From Octopus vulgaris (taxonomy: Eukaryota), in NCBI GenBank assembly GCA_951406725.2, contig OX597816.1, positions 180,792,001 through 180,856,000 of the forward strand: a stretch of 64,000 nt of DNA, read 5' to 3'. The notes below the pieces were generated by a model. It saw nothing but the letters and a program-made list of their open reading frames with translations, ran no database searches and was not told the DNA's origin. A program made the translations under genes and the position numbers. Below, one piece after another: positions 11,191-61,404 of the stretch (its first letter is position 1; the number at the start of each line of letters is the position of its first letter).

Positions 11191-12923
11191 CAAGGTGGGA
11201 TCAAAAATTCCTGGACAGGTTCTGCAGTGCACCAACAGATGGCAGCACACAGTTGTGTGCAGAGTGAGAGCTAATAGTGAGTTTCATGAGGCTGTGTGCC
11301 AAGTGATATCCCTGTGTTCACTTCACAAATTGGGAAATTTGTGGTTTTGTGATCATGTGTGTGTTGTAATCTGTGATTTTTGTCGTGTACAGGCAGTTGG
11401 AACAAAAGAACCAACTTCAGAAGTCTGCTAAAGAGACATTGAGTATGTATTGACAAGCTTACAGCAAGGGGACAATGGGTCGTAGACAATGTTTCAAGTG
11501 GCACAGGTGCACGATAGAACTGTAGCTCAATCAAAAGCACACTCATCATTTTTCCTGACATCTGTGGTATTGTGCATCGAGAGTTTGCCCTCCAGAGCCT
11601 GACAATCAATTGAGTGTTCTACTGTAATGTTTTGAAACATTTGAGGGAGGATATTTAGCAAAAATGACCGGATCTGTGAAGCACAAAGAATTTAATTCTT
11701 CACAGTAACAAAGCTCCCTGTCACTAAGCTCTCCTCACTCATGAGTTTCCTGCCAAAAACAACATGCCATCGCTTCCACACCCACTCTATTTGCCAGATT
11801 TAGCAGCTGCAGACTTCCATTTCTTCCCCAAAATGAAAATGCAGCTCAAAGGTCACTTTTTTAACACTGTTGTCAAGATCAAGAGCAAATCATAGAAGGT
11901 CCTTGACTCATCATCATCATCATTATCGTTTAGCGTCCGCTTTCCATGCTAGCATGGGTTGGACGGTTCAACTGGGGTCTGGGAAGCCAGAAGGCTGCAC
12001 CAGGCCCAGTTTGATCTGGCAATGTTTCTACGGCTGGATGCCCTTCCTAACGCCAACCACTCCATGAGTGTAGTGGTTGCTTTTTACGTGCCACCGGCAC
12101 AGGTGCCAGACGAGTCTGGCAAACGGCCACGATCGGATGGTGCTTTTTATGTGCCACCGGCACGAGGCCAGTCGGGGCGGCGCTGGCAACGGCCACGAAC
12201 GGATGGTGCTTTTTACGTGCCACCAGCACGAGGCCAGTCGGGGCGGTGCTGGCAACGGCCACGTTCAGATGGTTCTTTTACGTGCCACCGGCACTGGTAA
12301 CTCAGCTGCAATTTCCATTGATCGATTTCGATTCTGATTCTCACTTGCCTCAACAGGTCTTCACAAGTAGAGTTTTGTGTCCCAAGAAGGGAAGGTATGC
12401 ATAAGTGGGCTGGCTACATCCCGTGTAGAAGGCCACGGGTTATGGTCTCACTTGTCCTGCTGGGTCTTCTCACGCACAGCATACTTCCAGAGGTCTCGGT
12501 CTCTAGTCATTTCCTCAGTGAGACCTAAAGTTCAAAGGTCGTGCTTCACCACCTTGTCCCAGGTTTTCCTGGGTCTGCCTCTTCCACAGGTTCCCTCAAC
12601 CGCTAGGGTGTGGCACTTTTTCACACAACTATCTTCATCCATTCTCGCCACATGTCCATACCAGCGCAAACGTCTCTCTTGCACACCACATCTGATGCTT
12701 CTTAGGTCCAGCTTTTCTCTCAAGGTACTTACACTCTGTCGAGTATGAATACTTGCTTACAGAAAATGACTTCCAGGCCAGATTCCAAAAGTGGCAGGAA
12801 GGCTGGGACTGGTGTATTGCTGCACAAGGCGACTATTTCGAAGAAGATGATGTTAAAACTTAGGTAAATAAGTTGTTTTTTTATTAAACATAACTAGTTC
12901 AGGAACTTTTTGATACCACCTTG
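11191..12923 (+). mobile_element. Decayed, internally deleted mariner DNA transposon interrupted by an RTE fragment
   Basis: TA-flanked TIRs CAAGGTGGGATCAAAAATTCCTGGAC / GTTCAGGAACTTTTTGATACCACCTTG; remnants LHSNKAPCH, PHPLYLPDLAAADFHFFPKMK (YSPDLAP.D motif) and W..CIAAQGDYFE. Confidence 0.88.
11909..12753 (-). mobile_element. 5'-truncated RTE LINE (ORF C-terminus, 3' UTR minisatellite, (ATG)n tail)
   Basis: ORF 12532-12723(-) VQERRLRWYGHVARM...GRGRPRKTW is typical of RTE C-termini; CpG-rich, so relatively young. Confidence 0.9.
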
Positions 12924-13339
12924 TAAATATACATAGATACATATATATATATAATTGTTTTGAAAAAGAATATGATTAATCAGAAATTCTCTCACAAAGT
13001 TAAGTTTGCACTTAGAAAAGCTCAAAAGGAACTTGAGACAAAAGATAAAAATATATAATGTGTGTGTGTGTGTGTGTGTGTGTGTTTTAGGAAGTTAACG
13101 GTTTTGGCCGATCATAGAGTGACCATTGGGTTTGCTCATATAATGCACTTAGCAGTATAGGTGACTCATTTGACTCAAATGGCTGAGGGTGCATAACCTT
13201 TATAGAAATGGAGGAAGAAATATATAACAGTCATTTGATTTTGTAAACAACAAATAATTGTTTGTGAAGCAGGTGGGATGGGGTTCCAGCCATGGTGATA
13301 TTCGAAGGAGCTATGGCATGACTATTCATCGAATGGGGA

Positions 13340-13670
13340 ATTCCAAGTCTGATGTAGAAAATGTTTTAGATGGGGGCATTGACTGAATACTTCTTTCCTG
13401 GAGTTTAACATGGTCCTCAGGTTGAGTGTGTTTTTTAGAATTCTTGCCCTCTCAGCCAAGTAAAGCTTACATTATTTGTTCTAATTTATAGAAGTTCCTG
13501 GTTGTTCAAAGAGCTTCCATTTAATTATGTATGGCATTCTTTCCACTTTTAAATGCCATACATGGCTGGCATGGGATGTGATGTTGCGCCTTTCTGGTAT
13601 CCTGAAAGAGAACTTATGATTGTTCAGACGTTGCTTAAATGGGGGTGTAGTTGAACCAACATGTTTCCAT
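13340..13670 (-). mobile_element. Penelope-like element GIY-YIG endonuclease remnant
   Basis: HVGSTTPPFKQRLNNHKFSFR...TSHASHVWHLK...YIIKWK, then after a break CKLYLAERARIL...LNSRKEVFSQCPH, matching the YIG..R..H and C..C..E..I/LN.R.E..C.H layout of PLE endonucleases. Confidence 0.75.
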
Positions 13671-15039
13671 GCCAATGTATTGGATGTGCTGCCACTACCA
13701 ATATTTGTTTCTTTAACCCTGGGTCTGCTGTCACAGTTGTTATTGCTGGAGTAGCTGCCAGGGCTGATTTTTCTTGAATGTGATTCTGCTGCTTCCAGTG
13801 TTGCTGACATAATGGTCATTTCCAGCTGCAAAGTTGCCACTGCTACTGTTGTAACGTTTGATATTGTGGTCTCTGCTGCTTGAAGCACTGTTGTCATCAC
13901 TGTCATCACTTCTATTATTGTTATTGTTGTTGCTGTTGTCAGTGGGTGCATTGATATGCTTATGCTGTTACTCTGGCCACCACCGCTCTCACTCTCCGGA
14001 CATATCTGTCCTCTACAACAAGACACCTCTCTAACCTCTCATCACCTGGTACAAGGCCACCACCTCCAATACCCACCTCTCAAAGGATTTTCGTTTTGTG
14101 AGTTACTTGCTTAGTGACTCCACCAGTGCTGATGCCATGTATAAAGCATCCAGTTCTCACTGTAAAGTGGTTGGCATTAAGAAGGGCATCCGGCTGTAAA
14201 AATCATGTCAAAACAGACAGTGAGGCCTAGTACAGTTTCCTGGTTTGCCAGCTCCTGTCAAACCATCCAACCCATGCAGCATGAGAAATGGACATTAAAT
14301 GATGAGGATGTAGAGGAGGGGGACATATAAGCTGCTCACATATATGAGACAATACTGTCTGCTGCATTTCCCCCCCTTTATTAACTACTGTAATTACTTC
14401 TGCCCCTCTGATTTATTTAGCTGTCTACTCATTTCACCAGTGTGGATTGAATGCATCCACTTTTCTGTCTCTTCTCATTTTTACTGTCTCATACATTCTG
14501 TTTCCCCACCTCCTTCTTCCTAACACATGCAGTTCTCTGGAATTTGTTACCTGCAGCAGGAATCAACTTGCAGACGTTTAAGATGAACATCAGCTACCTT
14601 AGCCTCTAGTCATGGAGGGCTTACAAAGGTTATGACCATGTTCCTCTTCTTTTAATCACAATTGGATCAAATCTGAAAGTTCCACAAGAAAAGAAACAAT
14701 CCAAAGTTAGATAAACTACTTTTCTCTGTCTTCTTTTCTCATTCCCCACCCTCTCATCAGCCTGCTCTACTGAGTTTCACCCATTCTTTTGATGTTTACA
14801 CTAAATAATTTTACTCAGTAATTTTCCCATCAAACTATGACAACATACATCATCATGTGATTAAAAAGTGTGCTTAACAATTACCCCAGTGATATTTGAT
14901 TATATTACCTAGTATGTTTGGAAAGGCCTTAAACCATAGCCAGGTAAATGTAGTTGGGTGGATAGAAAATGAGTGGAAACTCATCAGATCTGCTGTACTT
15001 GTTACTATTCTTGGATAGTAGAGATAATTGATTGCTTAC

Positions 15040-15210
15040 TTTAACACCACCACCTGATCCTTGGGAGTCTTTGAAAGAATCCATCCTGTTACATATATTC
15101 AAACTCTTCCTTCCTTCTCGGAAGTCTGTATAGAAGACGATCCCTCCCATCTGACTGAACGAATGGTTATTGCATGATACACCACTGTTTACTCATGTCA
15201 TAAAACATAT
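15040..15210 (-). other. Candidate exon of an unidentified - strand spliced transcript (possible first coding exon MGGIVFYTDF...GGGVK from ATG 15150)
   Basis: Acceptor atttacatag, strong donor AAA|gtaagc, non-repetitive sequence; no homology recognised. Confidence 0.3.
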
Positions 15211-17164
15211 CTATGTAAATAATGGATTTTTAAAAATATAATTTAAAACTTTTGTAAATTAATATTAATGTCTTAGGAATATAAAAACTCAACATAAATA
15301 GTTATCTGTGTATCATATTTAATGTAAATATATAATAAAAAAGAAATTTACAGCTACCAAAATAGTTTATGTTTTTAAACACAGCAAGCCCATAAGAGAT
15401 ACTACCTCTGGACAAATACTGCAAGTAAATCTGCTTTTTCATAAAGTATTTACATTAAATATGAGACATGGATGATTATTTTATTCTAATACTATTCAGA
15501 AGAAGAATTAGATTAAAATAGAGTAAAAGAATTATTACAGGCAGTAGAAGATATTTATAACTTTACTTTGCATATGTATGATTAACAAAACAAAATAAAG
15601 CTATAATGTTGTATTTCGGGATGGTCTCCCCCACCCTCCACAAATAAACACAGGCACCGGATATTTGTTCTTCCCTTATTTTTTACTGTTCTTATTTTAA
15701 CTCTATTGTCCAGAAATCTTGATTGGCTGGAGTTGCCATAGCATGGCTGGGCTACAAAGCATTAACAAAAGTAGCTTTCCTGACATGCTACAGAGTGAAG
15801 AACAAATATATAATGTGTGTGTTTATTTGATTAAAAAAAAAAATAATAAAACTATCCTGGAATACAATATCTGCTTCAACACACGGTTTCACATCAGGAA
15901 TCTTGCAACACAAATTCATTAACGTAAAATATAAGGTTATAGTTTTCTAACAATTTTCCTAATTGTTTTAACTTCACAGTATACTTTTGTTGATTTTACT
16001 TTCTTCTTTTGAACTTTCCCTACGAAGTCCACTGATATTTATTTCCCACAAAGAAAATTGATTGAGAGACAGTTGAGTAAGACAAAAAGAAAAAAACTGA
16101 TCTTCAACATTAACTGTTACTATAGGATTATCCCAGATTACTATGGGAACTACCTTTCCTCCTGAGATTAAACTGTAAGCAAGTGGGGTATTCTTTGCTC
16201 TCATAGCAAACAAATATTGCTGAAACTTCTCTGCGATTAAAGACAACACAGAAAAATAAAATGTTTGGAAGGGAAATAACGAATTATTTTTTGGAAGTTA
16301 TTTCCCTTCAAGACAATTTATGATTGATTTCAAATTTTGACCCCCGGCCAACAGTTTCGGGTAATGGACTAAGTCGATTGCATTGATCGCTGTGCTCATC
16401 TAAGCATTTGTCCGGCGTCCTAACGATTCCGCCAGCTCGCTTATTTATTTCAAGGGAAAACGTTTATTATTTCAATTACATCTTGGATGCAGTACAGAAC
16501 TATTAAACCGACCCTCTTCTGGACTGATCCTATTCTGCCTCAAAATTAAAGGGCAATAACTTTGACTTTCGCACTCCGTATTTAAACTTTGCTTGTAAAG
16601 GGCCGTAACTACGTACGCAAACATTTCGTCCAATGATACTAGTATTCCGTTAATTCAGTCCCCTTGTCATAAAACATTGTGGTATAGCCGAACACTGGGT
16701 TTTCAGCGTTGGCTTTCCAAGGAGCTTGCCTTTACTTTTAAGCGATAACGTTAGTAAGAGATAGAGGGGAAGACGCGATGAAGTCCGCCCAGAGTAATAC
16801 TTTCATGGAAGCGGCAATTTGATGTCTTCTGTGTAAGCTTGTATATGCCGTATAAGTCCCCTGGGAAAGTAACAAAAAACTCAGGTGCAACACATACCTT
16901 TTCTACGCCACTGATCTTAAGCTCTTTTTTCAACCCCACTTTTTTTGTGCTCAGTACTTACTACTCTTATTTAACGAAGTGATTGTAATTCAAATGTATT
17001 ACCTACAGTCTCTTTTATGGGTGCTAACGTATATCCCTGACATAGAAAGTGGTATGGATTCTCTTGGAAATCAACCATATCATTCCGTTACAAATTTGTA
17101 ACTTTGTGCTAATAAAAGAAATTATTTTAAATATTGTTAAAGATGATGGAGTAGCAGATCAAAT

Positions 17165-18010
17165 GCGAAGTGCATTCTAGAAGTTTTCTTACTTTTTCAA
17201 GAGAGATATTTATTAATTTCACAGAAGTACAAAAACTCTGATTTATTTTAAAATAGGATCCTCTGACCTCAATAAACTTCTTGTAGACCTCCAGACTCTT
17301 TGTGAAGGCCCTATGGAAGTCCTCCAAATTAAAAGTGCCTGGAACTTTTGTCAAGGCCTTCTTCATCTTCAAAGCTACCTCCCCCGAGGTTCTCCTTCAG
17401 TTTGAGGAACAACCAAAAGTCACTGTGACCAAGGTATGGATGGTAGAGAGGGTGAGGGGCAGTCAAGTAGTTGGTTACCAGGATGTTTGTCACTGCACAT
17501 CTTGGGAACGAACTTGCACATGCTCAGATTTTCATGAAGAATTTGGTGCACAGTTGCTACACCAACCTCAAACTGTCTTTATGGACACTCAATGGCCATC
17601 ATCCAGAAAATTGTGAATTTTCTCAACTGGATCTGATGTTCTGATATGTTTCTCCTTCATGCACCCCTCATCAGCTCTCACCACCTCTCTACTACCCTTG
17701 AACCTCTTGTGCTAGTGAAAAAGCTAATCTGGAGCATTTCGTAAGTTTTTGTGACATTTCTGCCCAGTTTAACAGAAATCCTTATTGCATAACAAGCCTC
17801 CAAACATCCCACTGCATTCTGAAAACTAGCAGTGTTTAGTAGGATGTGTTCAAAGTGTTGTACATCTGTCTCCTCCAGTCTGGTATAACAAAAGTTGGCA
17901 GGTCAGCTTATTCAATGAATAGCAAAATATATACTAAAATTATAATAATCTCAGACAATTATAATTGCCTCTCCTGAAAAAATCTCAAAATTTCTGATGT
18001 TCACCTTGTA
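17165..18010 (-). mobile_element. Old mariner-like remnant
   Basis: ORF 17127-17372(-) ends FHRAFTKSLEVYKKFIEVRGSYF, resembling mariner C-termini; TA-bounded, TIR-like end ...gatgttcaccttgta. Confidence 0.55.
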
Positions 18011-18643
18011 TCTACCATGATATATTTTCACCACTCAACGCACTTGGTTCAAACCTTATTACAGTTGACTTTTTTTTAAATATCGTTTTACAAAAAAAAA
18101 AAATCAGTACCAATCATAGGAATTGCATCAGTCTAATTAATTATTCTCCTTCTTCCCTGATTTTATTCTTCTTGTTCCTTTATGAGAAATCGTTACGAAT
18201 AATGTCACATCAGCAGAAAATGAGCTTTTATAGCCACATTGAAGGCAATGTCATCTGTTAATCCCCATTTAAGTTTATTTTAAATGAAGTTAGGCATCTC
18301 GTGAATAAATTGTTTTCAATCTATAGTCATTTGTTTGTATTTATTTTGTAGGTGTGCTATGTTTAACATGTTGAATAATTGATAAGAAAAAAAATTATCT
18401 TCAGCAATGTTTATTAATGGCACTAAACATTTTTAACATACATAATGTACTATTTATTATATGCATGTTATATATGTGAATCAAGAAACAATGAAATTGT
18501 CAAAAAAGGAGGGCTGAAATGGCATATGGCGTATATATATATATATATATATCTATCAGTCGCCATGATAGATCGGTAGCCACTACACACATTTTTTCTC
18601 TTCTTTCTTTCTGTGTTCCTTTCTATGGAAGAGCATAAGCTCG

Positions 18644-18692
<49 letters not shown>

Positions 18693-18811
18693 ATAAAAAA
18701 GCTTATATCAGAAAGAAGCACACTCTAAAGAATAGACCAGTAATTATTACAACAAAATTCTATATCTTGAGTAACTCTATGTCCAAGATATAAAATTTTG
18801 TTGCAATATTA

Positions 18812-19756
18812 TCTATATATATAAAACTGTAGTTGTGTGAGTGTCTGTCCCCTTCGATTTAGATTCCTAACTACTCCCACATTTTGCGGTGCAGTTTAAC
18901 CAAATTCGGGTATCTTATAGTCGTGATTCATATCGAGCCCGTCTGGGTATTAGCGCGCGTCTACGATGAGTCTACGATTTTAAAAATAATTTAACATCAT
19001 TTTTTATTCTATTTTAATGCATATTTTTTCATGTGTCGATGGTGGCGGAGTTGGCGTCCACACTCACACCTGCACCTGTTTGCTTCTCCCCCTTCTTCCC
19101 TCCCTCGTGAAGCTGTGGGGAAGGGAGTGTAAGGAAATCAACGTCGTAATGCGTTGTGAAGGAGACCAGCGTTCTTTTAGAACAACGACTTCATGGCTTG
19201 AAGTCGCCAAAACAGAAATCGCTAAAAAAGCTGAAACAGATCCACAAAAACGGCAAAAACCGCCACACAGGGCAGGTTTCCTGTGCAAACAATTTGCACA
19301 ACCGAATGTTTTAGTTGTTGCACAAATCTTTATATATAAAAGGGAAGTTGTGTGTCTGTCCCCTACGATTTAGATTCCTAACTACTCCCACATTTTGCGG
19401 TGCAGTGTAACTAAAACCGGGTATCTTATAGTCGTGATTCATATCGAGCCCTTCTGGGTATTAGCGCGCGTCTACGATGAGTCTACGATTAAAAAAAAAA
19501 TTTACCATCATTTTTTATTCCATTTTAATACATTTTTCGCTATTATATAAGGGAAGTAACTCTCTAAAATGTCTACGATGAGTCAACGATAACTCTCTAA
19601 AAATGTCTACGATGAGTCAACGATTAAAAAAAAAATTACCATCATTTTTTATTCCATTTTTAATGCATTTTTTGCTATTTTTTTGCTATAACTCACTAAA
19701 AATGCTTATATAGTTATTTCCCTTACAAACCCGAGCAACGCCGGGCGATACTGCTA

Positions 19757-19757
<1 letters not shown>
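18812..19757 (+). mobile_element. Non-autonomous Helitron with two 5' modules
   Basis: A|TC start at 18812, second TC-start module at 19327, 3' hairpin CCCGAGCAACGCCGGG then CTAG|T at 19754-19757; no TSD. Confidence 0.85.
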
Positions 19758-19797
<40 letters not shown>

Positions 19798-19799
<2 letters not shown>

Positions 19800-19955
19800 T
19801 GCAGGCATGGGTATGTGGTAAGAAACTTGCTTCCGAACCACATCGCTCCAGATTCAGTCTCAGTGTGTGACACCTTGAGAAAGTGTCTTCTACTATATTC
19901 TAAGACCAACCAAAGCCTTGTGACTGGCTTTGGTAGATGGAAATTAAAAAAAGCC

Positions 19956-20020
<65 letters not shown>

Positions 20021-20200
20021 TGTGTTTGTCACAACTGGTGTTCTTTATGTCTAACTTAGCAGTTCAGCAAAACTGTCCAATAGAATAATGACCAGGCTTG
20101 AAAAGTATTGGGGTGAATTTGTTCAACTGACATGTCTCCAAGGCAGTGGTGCTCCAGCATGGCTACAGTCTGATGACTGGAACAAGTAAAAGATAAAAAA
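19798..20200 (+). mobile_element. Full-length SINE ('ggcatggctgtgtggtaagaag' family) with internal (TA)n(TG)n
   Basis: Homologous to 22505-22867, 44108-44480 and 50752-51122; A-rich aagtaaaagataaaa tail. Confidence 0.85.
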
Positions 20201-20462
20201 TAAAATATATGTAAACTTGATTCAAGTTCAAATATGTTTGAGAGAGATTTAAATCTGTGAAAGGCTTTTCATTGCAGTTTGTCTTGAAAGAAATTCTTGC
20301 TTGAAACAAAAGGGTGTCTTGAACTAATTTATACTTGTGTTTATCTTGATTTTCCTCTACATATGCTCTGTATATCATGACTACTAACACTACTAAGTTC
20401 CAGTGGTGTATGGAGGTTGTTATCATTGTGTGTGCTGCCACACTGACCGTACTATGAAGGAG

Positions 20463-20846
20463 TGTGGAGGTGCAATGGCCCAGTGGTTAGGGCAGCGGAC
20501 TCGCGATCATAGGATCACGGTTTCGATTCCCAGACCAGGCGTTGTGGGTGTTTATTGATCGAAAACACCCAAAGCTCCACGAGGCTCCGGCAGGGATGGT
20601 GGTGATCCCTGCTGTACTCTTTCGCCACAACTTTCTCTCACTCTTACTTCCTGTTTCTGTTGTACCTGTATTTCAAAGGGCCGGCCTTGTCACTCTCTGT
20701 GTTACACTGAATATCCCCGAGAACTACGTTAAGGGTGCACGTGTCTGTGGAGTGCTCAGCCACTTACACATTAATTTCACAAGCAGGCTGTTCCGTTGAT
20801 TCGGATCAACTAGAACCCTTGTCGTTGTAACCGACGGAGTGCCTCC
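20463..20846 (+). mobile_element. tRNA-derived SINE with 12-bp TSD
   Basis: A-box TGGCCCAGTGG, B-box GTTTCGATTCC; TSD ACTATGAAGGAG at 20451-20462 and 20847-20858. Confidence 0.9.
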
Positions 20847-21667
20847 ACTATGAAGGAGCCAAAATGCAAATAATGTAAACTTAATTCAATTGGGATACAG
20901 ATATATGGCACTAAAGTGATAACCTATAAATTGTAAGCTTTCTAAAATACGCCATTATTTTCTTATGCACACACACTGAAAAATAAGAATTTTACTTAAA
21001 TTACTTATACGTAATTTCTATTCTTCTTCTTTGAGATATAAAATGTTTAATAACCTCATTGAAATTCATTATTGAAATAGAATGAAATTTAAAGAACAAC
21101 TCATCAATTGTATTTATAAATGTTTTTATCATTGCATAATGATAATACATGAAATAGTTTTTTCACAAAAATATTTCTCCAAAATTAAATCGCTGAAATT
21201 TCTGAAAAAATTCCGCTTGGCTATATAGACCTCTCGCAGGTTACAATTTAGGCTGTGAAGCTCTTAAATTTTGTTACTAATCAGTATATAATCACCGGAA
21301 ATCAAATTAAAAGCATGTATTTCTGTGGCTGGAAAAGCATTTAAGATCAACACTAATTGAATTTTAAATAAAATGCTTTAGCACACAACTGAGAAAATCA
21401 TAAAATTCATTGAGCAAAATATCAATGCACAACCTTTCAGAATTTGACCTGACTTTTGTTTCTGACTTCTAAAACTGTATTATTAGTTTTGAAAACAGAT
21501 CAAGATCAAAGTTTTAGGTTGATATTATATAAAAAAAATTACTTAAAAAAATATTAGTTTTTTGTTTATGAATTTTCACCATGAAAATGAAAATGTGACT
21601 GTGCCGTCAAAGCTTTCCATTAATATTTTGCCATTCTCCCATTATCCTATGATATGCCAGTATCATA

Positions 21668-22070
21668 TTTGTTTCTACTCTCGGGCACAAGGCCCAAAAT
21701 TTTTGGGGAAGGAGCCAGTTGATTAGATCGACCCCACTACACAACTGGTACTTAATTTATCAACCCCAAAAGGATGAAAGGCAAAGTCGACTTCGGTGGA
21801 ACTTGAACTCAGAACGTTAAGACAAACAAAATACTGCTAAGCATTTCACCTGACATGCTAATGTTTCTTATTTCTTTACTGCCCACTAGGGGCTACACAC
21901 AGAGGGGACAAACAGGGACAAACAAGGGGATTAAGTCGATGATATCGACCCCAGTTCGTAACTGGTACTTATTTAATCGACCCCGAAAGGATGAAAGGCA
22001 AAGTCAACCACGGCGGAATTTGAACTCAGAACGTAGCGGCAAACGAAATACCTATTTCTTTACTGCCCAC
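21668..22070 (-). mobile_element. Two adjacent copies of the 'gagctggcagaatcgttagc' SINE family
   Basis: Shared gaccccgaaaggatgaaaggcaaagtcgac..gaatttgaactcagaac block, also at ~1545-1750, 27610-29225, 31275-31750, 32403-32590, 52120-52315 and 56010-56195. Confidence 0.8.
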
Positions 22071-22158
22071 AGTTTCTTTAGGGTGACAGATTTTTTTAAA
22101 GAAGGTAAGTAAAAGATCATTTATTTTAATAGCATGCTTTTCTGTTAGTAAAAGATTT

Positions 22159-22201
<43 letters not shown>

Positions 22202-22504
22202 TTTGATGCAGAATGGGGCGGGTGGGTTAAAGATTTAAATAACAAATTGTTTGGTTGTTGCTTAGATCCCAGCAATGGAACACCTCATCATCATTCCACT
22301 AAATGTGTTTATGGGAAGAAAGATACAGAAAAATATCAATACATGTCAGAGTGACACAGAAACGAGGAAGGTACCAGGTGGTCGCGGGGTGTGCTAGAAA
22401 CAACAGCTGAATCTCCCTTAAGTTACACCTTTACATCTGAAAATTATTTTGAAATTTTAGGACTTATGGGGTAGAGGTGAGGTTAATGAAAAAAATTTAA
22501 TTTC

Positions 22505-22658
22505 GTGGCTATGTGGTAAGAAGCTTACTTCCCAACCACATGGTTCCAGGTTCAGTGCCACTGCGTGGCACCTTGGGCAAGTGTCTTCTACTATAGCCTC
22601 AGGCTGACCAAAGCCTTGAGAGTGGATTTGGTAGATGGAAACTGAAAGAAGCTTATTG

Positions 22659-22699
<41 letters not shown>

Positions 22700-22867
22700 A
22701 TCTCTGAGTCTATGTTTGTTCCAGCCCCACCGCTTGAGAACTGGTGTTGATGTGTTTACATCCCCATAACTTAAAATACTGGGGTCTATTCATTCGACTA
22801 AAATTCTTCAAGGTGATGCCCCAGTATGGCCGCAATCTAATGACTGAAACAAGTGAAAGATAAAAGA
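22505..22867 (+). mobile_element. SINE ('ggcatggctgtgtggtaagaag' family)
   Basis: Homology to the other copies in the window. Confidence 0.85.
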
Positions 22868-23279
22868 TTTTTGTTAAATTATTTTTCAGTTTTTATGTGA
22901 AAATAAAGCAAGAGGTGATTATAATGGAGATCACTGGTTTCCAAAATAATTTTTTTTAACCTTCAAGTTTTCTCCATTCTTTTGAAGTGTGTAGTGCAAA
23001 AATTGAAAACAATAAAAATTGCCAAAATCGGTACTGGGTGAGGGAGGGAGGGAGGGAGGTTAAAAAAAATTGCTAAATAAAAAAAAAAATTCAAAGCTAC
23101 CTCCGCTCATCATCTACAAGTGTGGGATGGAAAAAAATTTGAAAAATCCCTGTCAAAATGGAGAAAATCTGCTGAGACATTCTAGTGTGCAAATTACCCG
23201 GCAACGACAGGATATTCAGGTAGTGTAAATGTAGATATCTATTGTCTATGAAGGTGTGTATATATGTATGTATAAAGAA

Positions 23280-23486
23280 AGAAAAGTGAGTCGGCGAAAG
23301 AGAGATAAAAGCAAAGAGTGAGGTAGATCACGTAGAAGCCAGTCATGAGACACTTCAGCCTTTCAACAGCCTCTCCACCCTTCTTTGATAAAAGCAGAAC
23401 CTGACCTGCGAAAGCGAACGAGGGTTATCTCCTCCTCTCTTATTCCAGTCTTTCTAGGTTCGTGCAAGAAGTTAACAGTTGGAACG
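23280..23486 (+). promoter_or_regulatory. Likely ACADVL promoter / 5' UTR
   Basis: Local CpG retention immediately upstream of exon 1 in otherwise CpG-depleted DNA; TSS not determinable. Confidence 0.5.

Positions 23487-61404
<37,918 letters not shown>

Noticed and set aside
12085-12295. CRISPR-like or HDV-ribozyme-like periodic repeat
   Set aside because: Eukaryotic LINE 3' UTR; units are similar along their whole length with no unique spacers, and I could not build the HDV nested pseudoknot.
13680-14026. N-terminal Thr/Ser-rich part of the 181-aa - strand ORF
   Set aside because: Derived from degenerate trinucleotide repeats fused by chance to the PLE remnant.
14754-14856. Box C/D snoRNA-like arrangement on the - strand (ATGATGA...CTGA...CTGA)
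   Set aside because: Only a 3-bp terminal stem, no recognisable rRNA/snRNA guide, and ATGATGA is very common here.
16500-16680. CpG-rich segment resembling a structured ncRNA
   Set aside because: Reverse strand aligns by eye to a diverged copy of the 'gagctggcagaatcgttagc' SINE; no RNase P, RNase MRP or telomerase RNA motifs found.
23402-23407. TGACCT nuclear-receptor half-site upstream of ACADVL
   Set aside because: A single hexamer is expected by chance; no clear repeat partner.
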